64,000 bases of DNA from an uncultured Treponemataceae bacterium. GTDB lineage: Bacteria; Spirochaetota; Spirochaetia; Treponematales; UBA12059. The notes beneath the pieces are model-generated. The model was given only the letters and a program-made list of their open reading frames with translations. It did not search any database and was not told the origin of the DNA. A program made the translations under genes and the position numbers. The stretch covers positions 13,789-77,788 of the forward strand of contig CAZNXK010000002.1 in the NCBI GenBank assembly GCA_964576835.1, in the 5' to 3' direction. Shown in pieces: positions 53,231 to 62,476 of this stretch (its first letter is position 1; each line of letters starts with the position of its first letter).

Positions 53231-56173
53231 ATGGCCGGAACCAGCGTCAAGGGTGACATGACCCTGCTCGTCGACGAACTCGGTCTCGAGGCCGCATTCC
53301 GCTTTTCGCCGTCATCAGGCGGCGCCGAATGGACGGCGGACGGGCTCGCACGGCTGCTTGCGGAAGCACGGGTTTCGGGCGTCAGCTCGCGCCGCCTCGA
53401 AGAGGTTCTTCGATCGTTCGCGCCGGCAAAGGCGCCGGTGACCGAGATCGTGGCGAAAGGCCAGGCTCCCGAGGCGGGCCTGCCCGAGGAAGCCGAATGG
53501 AATGACCTCGAGACGCCACCTGAATACAAGCCGTTCGAGGCGGAATCCATAGCGGGCGCGGCTGGACCCGAGCTGTACCGCGTACGTATCGAACGCGTCG
53601 CCAGGGAACGCACCGTAAAAAAGGCCGGAGCGTTTCCCTTCATGCCCTCGAGGGAAGAAAAAACGGTCGAGTACGAGAAGGTCGAAGTCCGCGAACCTGT
53701 CGTCGTCGATACCAGGGTCATTCGTTCGTTCTGGGTGCCGAAGGGAACCCTGGTCGCCAGGACCGCCCCGGCGCGCCCCGGCAAGCCAGGCAAGAGCGTC
53801 CAGGGCAAACCCATCCCGCCTGGCAGGGATGAAGATGCCAATTTCCACATCGGCACGGGCCTGTCACGCGAAAAAGGAGACATAGTCTCGGCCGAAGCCG
53901 GCTTCGTGCGCGTCGGGGCCAGGTGGGCCGACATTGTCCCCTTCCACTCAGGCGACTATGCCATACGTCTGTCGGGCGACAACTCCACCGTGCTCCTCGA
54001 CTACAGCCCGGGCGACAAGCGGCTCCCGCCGCCCGATGCCGCCGCCATACTCCAGGAAGCGGTCGAACTCGGTCAGTCAGTAGAAAGCCTCATCGGCATA
54101 GAAGAAACGGCATCAGCGTTGCTCAAGGCGACGAGAAGCGGGCAGGCGCTGACCGGCTACAGCCTCTCCGGCGACCGTGACGCCGCCGCGACCGTGGAAA
54201 TATCGCCTGACAAGCTCAAGGCGACGCTCAGCGTGATGAAGGGCAGGGGCAAGGGCAAGCCGCTCGAGCTGTCCATGGTCAGCGCGGCCCTGTCCGGGCA
54301 TCGACTGAAGGGCGTCAAGGTCGACAAACTCAAGGCGGACGTCCTTGCCTTTTTCAAAGGCAAGGAAACGGAACTTTTCCGGTATCCGCTGGCGGAAGGC
54401 AAGGATCCCGTCAAGGGCAAGGACCGCACGATCATGTTCGGGGTCGCGTTCCTGCCGGAAGCGCAGGGCGAGGAGTACGCGTCGGTCGCCCAGGCGGCCC
54501 CCGGGTTGTCGCGCGTTGCCAGGAGCCTCGACGAGTTTCCTGTTGCCGCCGCTACCCGGATAGCCCTCGTCAAGAAGGGCCAGGAAGTTGCCCGATTCAG
54601 CCCTCCTTCTCCCGGACAGGCAGGGACGGACGTGTACGGTACGGCGATACCCGCGGCCTACGGCAACGATCCCGCGGTCAAGGTTTTCGAGAACCTCAAA
54701 GTTTCCCCGGATTCGATGGAGAGCGAGGATGACGGTTTGCTCCTGGTAGCGGAGAATGGTAGCCAGACGCTGGCCAGGGTCCTCCCGTATAGGGACGCCA
54801 GGATCTCGGTCACCGTCGCTGGGGACGCGATGTCCGCGCGCGTGGACGTGGAGCGTAGCTACGGTCTGGGAAGGGAACTGACGCTCGAGTCGGCACAGGA
54901 AGCCTTGAAGCAGTCAGGAGTCGTGGCCGGCATCGACGTCAAGGCGCTTGCCTCGGCTCTGGCCGAGGCGCGCGGCGGCAAGCAGGCCAGCGGCCGTCAG
55001 GTTGCCCGCGGAAAGGATCCAGTACCCGCCGGCGGGTACTGGATCAACTGGATCACGAGGATAGCCAGCGGGGCCGCGGTCACCGTCCGGTCGGACGGTT
55101 CCGCCGATTACAAGAACCAGGACAGGGCGACAATAGTCGTCGAAGGCCAGCCCATCATCGAACTGCTCGCCATAGGCGTAGAGGGACAGGACGGCCTGGA
55201 CGTACTTGGAAGCGCCGTGCCTGCGCCCAAGGATCCGAATGTCGGCGAACCCCCGACCTTCGACTCGTCCATACTTGAGGAAAAGCGGGAAAATGGCGAC
55301 CGCCTCCTCAAGGCCGGCAGGAGCGGGGAGCTCCGCTTCGAGAAAAACGCCCTTGCCATAGACCAATCCTGGAAGATCAACGGGGATGTCGGACCGGCGA
55401 CCGGCAACATCCGGTTCCCTGGTCCTGTCACCGTCTCGGGTACCGTGCTCACTGGCTACGCACTTGTCGCCGGCGGCGACATACTCGTCGCCGGGTCGGT
55501 GGAAGCCGCCCTCGTTACCGCTGATGGGACGGTCAAGATCACCGAGGGCATCAAAGGCGCGAAGCGCGGGATGATCAGGGCCAGCGCGACCATAGAAGCA
55601 TCGTTCGCGGAGCAGGCAATGCTCCTTGGCGTCCAGGACATCGTACTCAAGAATTCCGCCCTGCTGTGCAACATCAAGACCAACGGCAAGCTCTCGCTGC
55701 TTGGCGACAAGGGCCACCTTATCGGAGGCCTGTGCAGGGCCAGAAAAGGCATAGAAGTACAGAACCTCGGCTCGGAGAATGGCGCAAGAACCCAGGTCTC
55801 TTTCGGACAGGACTATCTGGTCAAGGATGCCATCGAAGCGGAGGAGAAGGAGATCGAGCGCGTCAAGACGATGATACTCCAGGCCGACAAGTCGATGCGG
55901 GAGCAGGAGAAGCTCGGTTCCAACCTGGACGCCATCCGCCAGGACAAGCTCAAGCTCGTGAAGATCCTCGAAAAGCGCTCGATGCGCGTCTTCGAGCTCC
56001 GTGAAAAATTCGAAGAGCATTTCCCCGGCGAGCTTGTCGTACGGGGTTCGGCGTTCGCGGGCGTAGTCCTCGAAAGCCACAACCGCTTCCACGAACTCCG
56101 TCAGACAAAGCAGAAGGTGGCGTTCTCGTTCGACCCACAACTGGGGCGGATCGTGGAGCGACCCCTCAAATAA
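53231..56173 (+). CDS. FapA (DUF342) family protein, unusually long with internally repeated N-terminal modules
   Basis: 980 aa. The C-terminal beta-helix core is GNIRFPGPVTVSGTVLTGYALVAGGDILVAGSVEAALVTADGTVKI...NGKLSLLGDKGHLIGG, followed by a coiled coil. Upstream there are three copies of the G-x-x-G-x-x-V-x-G-x-x-I/V-P motif (GKPGKSVQGKPIPP, GQAGTDVYGTAIPA, GQDGLDVLGSAVPA). Each is preceded by FapA_N-like modules. Confidence 0.85.
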   Translation: MAGTSVKGDMTLLVDELGLEAAFRFSPSSGGAEWTADGLARLLAEARVSGVSSRRLEEVLRSFAPAKAPVTEIVAKGQAPEAGLPEEAEWNDLETPPEYKPFEAESIAGAAGPELYRVRIERVARERTVKKAGAFPFMPSREEKTVEYEKVEVREPVVVDTRVIRSFWVPKGTLVARTAPARPGKPGKSVQGKPIPPGRDEDANFHIGTGLSREKGDIVSAEAGFVRVGARWADIVPFHSGDYAIRLSGDNSTVLLDYSPGDKRLPPPDAAAILQEAVELGQSVESLIGIEETASALLKATRSGQALTGYSLSGDRDAAATVEISPDKLKATLSVMKGRGKGKPLELSMVSAALSGHRLKGVKVDKLKADVLAFFKGKETELFRYPLAEGKDPVKGKDRTIMFGVAFLPEAQGEEYASVAQAAPGLSRVARSLDEFPVAAATRIALVKKGQEVARFSPPSPGQAGTDVYGTAIPAAYGNDPAVKVFENLKVSPDSMESEDDGLLLVAENGSQTLARVLPYRDARISVTVAGDAMSARVDVERSYGLGRELTLESAQEALKQSGVVAGIDVKALASALAEARGGKQASGRQVARGKDPVPAGGYWINWITRIASGAAVTVRSDGSADYKNQDRATIVVEGQPIIELLAIGVEGQDGLDVLGSAVPAPKDPNVGEPPTFDSSILEEKRENGDRLLKAGRSGELRFEKNALAIDQSWKINGDVGPATGNIRFPGPVTVSGTVLTGYALVAGGDILVAGSVEAALVTADGTVKITEGIKGAKRGMIRASATIEASFAEQAMLLGVQDIVLKNSALLCNIKTNGKLSLLGDKGHLIGGLCRARKGIEVQNLGSENGARTQVSFGQDYLVKDAIEAEEKEIERVKTMILQADKSMREQEKLGSNLDAIRQDKLKLVKILEKRSMRVFELREKFEEHFPGELVVRGSAFAGVVLESHNRFHELRQTKQKVAFSFDPQLGRIVERPLK

Positions 56174-56201
56174 AATCAGGATTCGATGACCGGAGGTAGC
56201 C

Positions 56202-57224
56202 ATGCTCGCCGCAATACAGTTCCCCTCGTGGATCCACCCCGAGATACTGCCGTTCTTCCCGCAGTTGCCGCTTCGCTGGTACGGCCTCATGTACCTCGTC
56301 GGCTTCGGCATTACCTATCTCCTCTTCAAGTACCAGGTCAGGAAACGCAAGCTTGACTATTCCGATGACGACATCTCGGGATTTTTCCTCGCGGGCATCG
56401 TCGGGCTGATAATCGGCGCCAGGCTGCTGGGTACCCTGCTGTACGATCCCACCGGCATCTACTGGCGCAAACCCTGGCTGATATTCTGGCCGTTCGGCGA
56501 AGGCGGGCGCTTTACCGGGTTCATGGGCATGTCGTTCCACGGCGGCTTCATTGGCCTCGTCATCGGTGTCATGATGTATTCGAAACGGCTGAAGCTGGAT
56601 TTCCTTGCATGGGCTGACATGCTCGCGGTTTCGGTACCCTTGGGTTACACCTTCGGCAGACTCGGCAACTTCATCAACGGGGAGCTGTGGGGCAAGGTCA
56701 GCGCCGCGCCCTGGGCGATGGTCTTTCCGGGAGCCAAGCGTTTTCCCGCAAGCGCAGCCTGGGTCCGCGACATCGCGGAACGGGCCGGCATCGCCATCGA
56801 AGGAACGCTCGTCAACCTGCCGCGGCACCCGTCGCAGTTGTACGAGGCCTTGTTTGAAGGAATTGTCCTGTGGCTGGTTCTGTGGTTCCTGGTCAGGCCG
56901 CGCATGCCGTTCAAGGGTTTCGCCGTCGGCGCCTATGTCACCGGTTACGGAATGGTCCGCTTCGTGCTGGAATACTTCAGGGAGCCCGACGCCGACCTCG
57001 GCTACATCATCAGGCTCGGAGACCCGGCCGCGTCGATCCATCTCTACACGACGCCCCTCAATTTCTCGATGGGTCAGCTGCTCTGCTTCCTGATGATAGT
57101 GGGAGGACTCGGCTTCATCGCGATCCGCTGGCGCATCTCGAAGTCGCAGTCGTTGCTCCTTGCGGCCGCTGAGGTTGAACGTGCGAAGATCCAGAGCGCC
57201 AGAAAGAAACTGAAGAAGCGCTAG
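56202..57224 (+). CDS. lgt: Prolipoprotein diacylglyceryl transferase
   Basis: Has LRWYGLMYLVGF, FHGGFIG, GRLGNFINGELWG and HPSQLYEA, the Lgt signature motifs. It has a basic C-terminal extension. Confidence 0.9.
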   Translation: MLAAIQFPSWIHPEILPFFPQLPLRWYGLMYLVGFGITYLLFKYQVRKRKLDYSDDDISGFFLAGIVGLIIGARLLGTLLYDPTGIYWRKPWLIFWPFGEGGRFTGFMGMSFHGGFIGLVIGVMMYSKRLKLDFLAWADMLAVSVPLGYTFGRLGNFINGELWGKVSAAPWAMVFPGAKRFPASAAWVRDIAERAGIAIEGTLVNLPRHPSQLYEALFEGIVLWLVLWFLVRPRMPFKGFAVGAYVTGYGMVRFVLEYFREPDADLGYIIRLGDPAASIHLYTTPLNFSMGQLLCFLMIVGGLGFIAIRWRISKSQSLLLAAAEVERAKIQSARKKLKKR

Positions 57225-57310
57225 ACTCAAGCGCCACGTCCGCGCCGCTACCCCGAAAAAGGGCTTTCAGCAATGGCCAGAAGTGAATTCGCGCGGGGGC
57301 CCGCCTCGAC

Positions 57311-57342
57311 AAAAACAGGCTCGCTGCGCGAGTCCGTTTTTG
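57311..57342 (+). terminator. Rho-independent terminator (A-run/hairpin/T-run, potentially bidirectional)
   Basis: AAAAACA, then GGCTCGC-TGC-GCGAGTCC, then GTTTTTG. It lies ~90 nt after the lgt stop. Confidence 0.55.
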
Positions 57343-57707
57343 CCGGTCGCCCCACGCACATTTACGGAGCTGGCCTTTCCGAAAGCATCCCGAGGCGGCG
57401 CGGACGTGCCTTTCAGGTACTGCGAAGAGCTGATTCTGGAATCAAGGAATGCCGTCAGTTTTCACCAGTCAGCATGCCGTGACAGCTACCTTCGAAAAGA
57501 ACGAGCTGTCAATCCCCGCGCCGCCGAGAGTATTCCTCGGCAAAGCCATAAACGGTGAGGCGCGCGGGACGCGGCAACCCGCTGTTCACCCTGCGCCGTA
57601 CCATGCCCATCGCGCTGTGGTTATACGCAGGTAGAATTGGTATGACGCATGAGTCGGGCCGGGAAATGTTTTGAAAGGCCTGAACCGGGAAATTGCGTCG
57701 GGCGCTC

Positions 57708-57738
57708 GTGAAAATACCATCGCGCCTTGGCGCGATGG
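57708..57738 (-). terminator. Rho-independent terminator of pfk
   Basis: The minus strand reads CCATCGCGCC-AAGG-CGCGATGG (57738-57717) followed by TATTTTCAC. It starts 7 nt after the pfk stop. Confidence 0.65.
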
Positions 57739-57744
57739 ATGTGG

Positions 57745-58851
57745 CTAAATCTCGTCTCCGAAGCACGTACCCACCAACCTGGCGGTGTCCAGCATGTAAT
57801 GGTCCGACGGTATGGTCTTCGTACGGTCGGCTACCTCCGACAGGGGAATCGACGTGACCGAGGCATCCTTCATCGCGACCATCCTGCCAAAACGGCCGCG
57901 GGACAGGAGTTCGGCGGCCGCGGTCCCGAAAGTCGTCGCGAGCACGCGGTCATACGGGCTCGGCGTTCCACCACGCTGCAGGTAGCCGAGCACGGTGACG
58001 CGCGTCTCCATGCCGGTCAAAGACTGAATTTCCGCGGCGACGCGGTAGCCGATGCTCGGGTAGGTCATCTTCTCGCGGAGCCTCTTGCGCTCCTTTTTTG
58101 GCAAGGCGGCTTCTTCCCTGGAAAGCGCGCCTTCAGCGACGACCACGATCGAAAATTGTTTGCCCTCGGAACGGCGCTTCTCGATGTCGCGGGCTACGGC
58201 AGCGGAGTCATAGGGAATCTCGGGTATCAGGATGACGTCGCCGCCTCCGGCAATGCCTGCGTACAATGCCAACCAGCCGGCCTTGTGCCCCATCAGCTCT
58301 ATCACCATCACCCGGTTATGCGAATGGGCGGTCGAATGCAGGCGGTCTATCGACTCCGTGGCTATGTCGACGGCCGAATGGAAGCCGAACGTCACGTCGG
58401 TTCCCCAGATATCGTTGTCTATCGTTTTTGGAAGGCCGATGACCGGCAGGCCTTCCCTCGACAGCAGGTGGGCTGTGGTGTTTGTGCCGTTTCCGCCGAG
58501 AACGACAAGGGCGTCGAGCCTGAGCCTGGCGACCGTTTCCTTTATCTGTTCAGGTTTGTCCTGGCCGACTTCGGCGTCGGAGGTGATGCCGTCGTCGCGC
58601 CCCTTGAACGGCTTCTCGCGCGATGAGCCGAGTATCGTGCCTCCCCGCGTCAGGATGCCGGAAAAGTCGTCGGGAGACAGCACGCGCGCGTCGCCGTCGA
58701 TCAGTCCGCGGTAACCGTTGGAGATGCCGACTATTTCCATGCCGAAGACGCTGGAAGCGGCCTTGGCGACGCCCCGGATGGCCGCGTTCAGGCCCGGACA
58801 GTCTCCGCCGCTCGTCAGGATACCGAATCGCTTGACCGCGCTCGTCGCCAT
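57745..58851 (-). CDS. pfkA: 6-phosphofructokinase (phosphoryl-donor specificity uncertain)
   Basis: Has FGILTSGGDCPGLNAAIRG, LVVLGGNGT, GLPKTIDNDI and MGHKAGW. The donor determinants are mixed: GGNGT versus E. coli GGDGS, and PKTIDND versus PGTIDND. Confidence 0.9.
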   Translation of the reverse strand: MATSAVKRFGILTSGGDCPGLNAAIRGVAKAASSVFGMEIVGISNGYRGLIDGDARVLSPDDFSGILTRGGTILGSSREKPFKGRDDGITSDAEVGQDKPEQIKETVARLRLDALVVLGGNGTNTTAHLLSREGLPVIGLPKTIDNDIWGTDVTFGFHSAVDIATESIDRLHSTAHSHNRVMVIELMGHKAGWLALYAGIAGGGDVILIPEIPYDSAAVARDIEKRRSEGKQFSIVVVAEGALSREEAALPKKERKRLREKMTYPSIGYRVAAEIQSLTGMETRVTVLGYLQRGGTPSPYDRVLATTFGTAAAELLSRGRFGRMVAMKDASVTSIPLSEVADRTKTIPSDHYMLDTARLVGTCFGDEI

Positions 58852-58860
58852 GCCCGCCTC

Positions 58861-59496
58861 CTAGTTTCGCCCGAAGAGGTTCGACCGCCCCCCGAATCGC
58901 TGCACCTTGCCCTGGTCGCGGGGTGGCTCGTCCAGAGTCCTGACGGCATGCCGGGCAAGGAGGTCGGGCTGGCCCGACTCGTCGCGCACGGCGATGAACC
59001 GTACGGATCCGCAACCCACGGAGAGCACTCCCTCCGCCAAGCCAAGGAGGGCGCCAGCCGCCATCGCGCCAAGCGGTCCCCGATCCGCCTGCACGACGAC
59101 GAGGATGATGGTGCCCCCGCCGCGTTCGGCAAATCGCCTGGCGGCTTCGCGGATCAGCCCGGCCCAGCCGGCCGCCCACGACAGCGCTGCGCCTTCAAGG
59201 GCCTTTGGAGTCAAATCGACGATGCCCGTAGGATCTTCCGGTGGATCGGCGAACAGCACAAGTTCGTCCAGCGACCCGCCGAGCGCGGTCTCCGCCTCGA
59301 TGATGGCGACCCGGGCCGAAGCGAACGACAGGGGATTCCAGGGGATTGCCGGGATATCGGTCCCGGTCTCGCCCGGCGGCGAGGCGGCGCTCCCGATGGA
59401 AAGCACGGCGGTAGATCGACCCGTCACCCTCGCCTCGGACACGAACGCGTCCACGCGCTCGGAGCCGGCAGGAACAGCCAACGTTGTCTTTTTCAC
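58861..59496 (-). CDS. Hypothetical protein, SDR-fold-like with degenerate cofactor/catalytic motifs (tentative)
   Basis: 211 aa, 9 nt upstream of pfk. KKTTLAVPAGSERVDAFV sits where TGxxxGxG is expected, and GGGTIILVV is SDR-like. No YxxxK is seen. Confidence 0.55.
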   Translation of the reverse strand: MKKTTLAVPAGSERVDAFVSEARVTGRSTAVLSIGSAASPPGETGTDIPAIPWNPLSFASARVAIIEAETALGGSLDELVLFADPPEDPTGIVDLTPKALEGAALSWAAGWAGLIREAARRFAERGGGTIILVVVQADRGPLGAMAAGALLGLAEGVLSVGCGSVRFIAVRDESGQPDLLARHAVRTLDEPPRDQGKVQRFGGRSNLFGRN

Positions 59497-59569
59497 GGGC
59501 GCAGTGTACTATGGCAAACGATCGGGCGCAAGGCGGGCGCTTACGCCGGCGCCCCCGAATGGAGTCACC

Positions 59570-61216
59570 ATGAGGCTTGCGCTATGCCAGATCGACGCCA
59601 TAGTAGGCGATTTTCCGGGCAACATCGACAGGATTATCGCCGCGGTCGAGCGGGCTTCGGCCTCGTCGCCCGAGCTTGTCGTCTTCCCGGAGATGAGCCT
59701 CTGCGGGTACCCGCCAATGGACTTGCTTGACCAGCCCACGTTCGCGGAGAGGGACGAGGCGGCGTTCAGGCAGCTCCAGAAGGCGCTGCCGAAGGACATC
59801 GCCGTAGCCGTCGGCCATATAGGCAGGAACGCCTCGGGTTTCGGCAGGCCGCTGACCAACTCGCTTTCGGTGATATTCGACGGCGCCGTCGTCTTCGAGC
59901 AGGCCAAAACGCTGCTGCCGACCTATGACGTGTTCGACGAGGCGCGATACTTCGAGCCAGCCCGGGAGCGGCGGGTCTGGGAATACCGCGGCGTACGCAT
60001 CGGCTTTGCCATATGCGAGGACCTCTGGCGGGAGACAGCGCCGGTTCCCGGCATGCGCTACCCCGTCGACCCTCCGCGCGAGCTGCTCGACGCCGGAGCC
60101 GGCTTGATAATCGTCCCGTCGTCGTCACCGTACCAGATGGACAAGCTGGCCCTCCGGGTCGGTCTGTGCGCGGAGCTCGCCGTCGCCGGCTCGGTTCCGG
60201 TGGCCTACTGCAACATGGCTGGCGCCGACGACTCGCTGGTCTTCGACGGCCGCTCTTTCATGGTCGACCGCAAAGGCACGCTGGTGGCGCTCGGCGATTT
60301 CGGCGAAGGGCTCCTCGTCGTCGATACCGAGGCAAACGCTTCCGCTATCCCGGCGTTCCCAGACCGCTGGGACGAAGTCGAGCGCGCATTGGTCGAGGGG
60401 ATACGCGGCTACATGAAGAAGTGCGGTTTCCGGAAAGCCCACCTGGGACTTTCCGGCGGAATCGACTCGGCCATCGTCGCCGTGCTCGCCGCCAAGGCCA
60501 TAGGACCCGAGAACCTGACCTGCATCATGATGCCTTCACGCTTTTCGTCGTCAGGTTCGATAGACGACAGCGTCGAGCTGGCCCGCGCCCTTGGCTGCCG
60601 CCTCGAGACCGTACCGATTGAATCTCCGTTTGCCAGCTTCCTCTCGACCCTCGAGCCCCACTTCGCCGGCACGCCTTTCGGGCTGACCGAGGAGAACCTC
60701 CAGGCGAGGATACGCGGCGACATACTGATGGCCTGGTCGAACAAGTTCGATTCGATGCTGCTGACCACCGGCAACAAGAGCGAGCTGGCGGTCGGGTACT
60801 GCACGCTGTACGGAGACATGTGCGGCGCCATCGGGCCGATAGGCGACCTGCTCAAGACCGAAGTCTTCGCCCTCTGCGAGCGCATCCACGCCAGGGAAGG
60901 CATCCTGCCCAGGGCCATCATCGACAAGCCGCCATCCGCCGAATTGCGGCCTAACCAGGTCGACCAGGATTCGCTGCCGCCCTATGAACTCCTCGACGCG
61001 GTCCTTGAACTGTATATCGAAGCTGACCTGTCCGCCGACGAGATAATCTCCCGGGGCTACGACGAGGCTCTGGTGCGCCGCATCGTATCGATGACAGCCC
61101 GCGCCGAGTACAAGCGCAGGCAGGCGGCGCCGGTGCTCAAGATATCTCCGCGCGCCTTCGGGATGGGCCGACGAATGCCGATAGCCCGCGCGGTGTACGA
61201 GGCCAAGGCCCGGTGA
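59570..61216 (+). CDS. nadE: Glutamine-dependent NAD+ synthetase (nitrilase-like domain + NAD synthetase domain)
   Basis: The CN-hydrolase part has MRLALCQID...VVFPEMSLCGYPP...GFAICEDLW. The synthetase part has the PP-loop LGLSGGIDSA. The ATG at 59570 is chosen inside track ORF 58907..61216, whose 5' part is antisense to the upstream gene. Confidence 0.9.
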   Translation: MRLALCQIDAIVGDFPGNIDRIIAAVERASASSPELVVFPEMSLCGYPPMDLLDQPTFAERDEAAFRQLQKALPKDIAVAVGHIGRNASGFGRPLTNSLSVIFDGAVVFEQAKTLLPTYDVFDEARYFEPARERRVWEYRGVRIGFAICEDLWRETAPVPGMRYPVDPPRELLDAGAGLIIVPSSSPYQMDKLALRVGLCAELAVAGSVPVAYCNMAGADDSLVFDGRSFMVDRKGTLVALGDFGEGLLVVDTEANASAIPAFPDRWDEVERALVEGIRGYMKKCGFRKAHLGLSGGIDSAIVAVLAAKAIGPENLTCIMMPSRFSSSGSIDDSVELARALGCRLETVPIESPFASFLSTLEPHFAGTPFGLTEENLQARIRGDILMAWSNKFDSMLLTTGNKSELAVGYCTLYGDMCGAIGPIGDLLKTEVFALCERIHAREGILPRAIIDKPPSAELRPNQVDQDSLPPYELLDAVLELYIEADLSADEIISRGYDEALVRRIVSMTARAEYKRRQAAPVLKISPRAFGMGRRMPIARAVYEAKAR

Positions 61217-62439
61217 AGAGCCCGACTGCGGCGATCGTCCGCACCGCGCTCGCGGTCCTGGCCGCGGGAGGGCTTGTCGCGGGCGCTTTGTCCATCAAGG
61301 CCGCCGACGCTACGGCGATGGCGACGATGATAATAAAGCCCGCAGACGATGCGCCCGCCGAGGCGACGCCTGCCAGCCGAAGGGAATTCTCGGTACTGGC
61401 CTGCGGCGACATCCTCCTGGCCCGAACGCCAGGCAAGCGCGCCTCGGAATTCGGTTACCGTTTCCTTTTCGAAGGAGTCCGGGAACTCGTCTCGTCTGCC
61501 GACATCGCCTTCGCCAATCTCGAATCGCCGGCCTCATACCTCGGCGCACCCTACCCGGGCAAACCACAGAACATCACCTTCAGGGCCGATCCCGCCGCCC
61601 TCTTCGGCATAGCGTGGGCCGGCTTCGACGTGCTCTCCCTGGCCAACAACCACATGAACGACTATGGTCCCCGCGCCCTCTCCGAGACGCTCGAATTCAT
61701 CGATCTCCTGGGCATCGGTCGATGCGGAGCCGGGATGGACCTCGAGGAAGCCAGACAGCCGGCCATCGTGGTCAGGGACGGCGTCCGCTTCGCCTTCATC
61801 GCCTTCGCCGAACCGATATGGAGCGTCATCGGGGCCAAGGGCTCGCTGACCGCAAGCGCCTTGACCAGGGTCGAGGAACGGCTCCATGGCCCGCTCCCCC
61901 CGGAAAAAGCGCCGGGCAATCCCGATTCGCCATGGAACAGGGGTACCGGCGTCGCCATCGCGACCGAAGCCGACATCGTCGCCGACATCCGCAGGATCAG
62001 GGCCACGCTCGATCCCGATTACCTCTTCGTGTCGATACACTGGGGCGACGAGCAGCAACACATCCCGAATGCCTCCCAGAGGGCGATCGGCCATGCGGCA
62101 ATTGACGCCGGCGCAAGCGCCGTGCTCGGACACCACCCGCATGTCCTCCAGTCCATCGAGCGCTACGGGGATGGCCTCATCGTCTATTCGCTCGGAAATT
62201 TCGTCTTCGACATGGCCGCAAGCCATACCTACGATACGGCGGCGCTCAGGCTCGTCGTTTCGGACGGCCGCCTGCGGAGGGTGGACGTGATCCCGCTCCG
62301 CATCGGCCGCGGTTCCTACGCGCCCGCCTTGCCGCCGCCGGCCGCGGCAGAAGAAAGGCTCGAAGACCTGCGCGTCTGGTCGTCACGCCTCGGCACCGAG
62401 CTGCTCGTGGACGGCGTGTCCGGCAGCCTTGTTTTCTGA
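61213..62439 (+). CDS. CapA-family (metallophosphatase-fold, poly-gamma-glutamate-capsule-like) protein, exported
   Basis: Has ACGDILLA, ANLESP, LSLANNHMNDYG, SIHWGDEQ, GHHPHVLQ and YSLGNFVFD. An N-terminal hydrophobic anchor is present. The GTG start overlaps the nadE stop by 4 nt. Confidence 0.85.
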   Translation: MKSPTAAIVRTALAVLAAGGLVAGALSIKAADATAMATMIIKPADDAPAEATPASRREFSVLACGDILLARTPGKRASEFGYRFLFEGVRELVSSADIAFANLESPASYLGAPYPGKPQNITFRADPAALFGIAWAGFDVLSLANNHMNDYGPRALSETLEFIDLLGIGRCGAGMDLEEARQPAIVVRDGVRFAFIAFAEPIWSVIGAKGSLTASALTRVEERLHGPLPPEKAPGNPDSPWNRGTGVAIATEADIVADIRRIRATLDPDYLFVSIHWGDEQQHIPNASQRAIGHAAIDAGASAVLGHHPHVLQSIERYGDGLIVYSLGNFVFDMAASHTYDTAALRLVVSDGRLRRVDVIPLRIGRGSYAPALPPPAAAEERLEDLRVWSSRLGTELLVDGVSGSLVF

Positions 62440-62476
62440 CATTTCTTGTTCCCGGCTACCTTTGGTGCTATACTGT

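Noticed and set aside
54914-57230. 465-aa and 354-aa minus-strand ORFs opposite the FapA-like gene and lgt
   Set aside because: Shadow ORFs. The plus strand has DUF342 beta-helix and Lgt signature motifs.
57420-57610. A functional tmRNA (ssrA) gene
   Set aside because: Despite three tmRNA-like blocks in the correct order, the span is only ~175 nt. There is no T-arm (GGUUCGANUCC), no acceptor stem pairing with the 5' block, and no tag reading frame ending in ALAA-stop. It is kept only as a possible remnant or sRNA in the findings.
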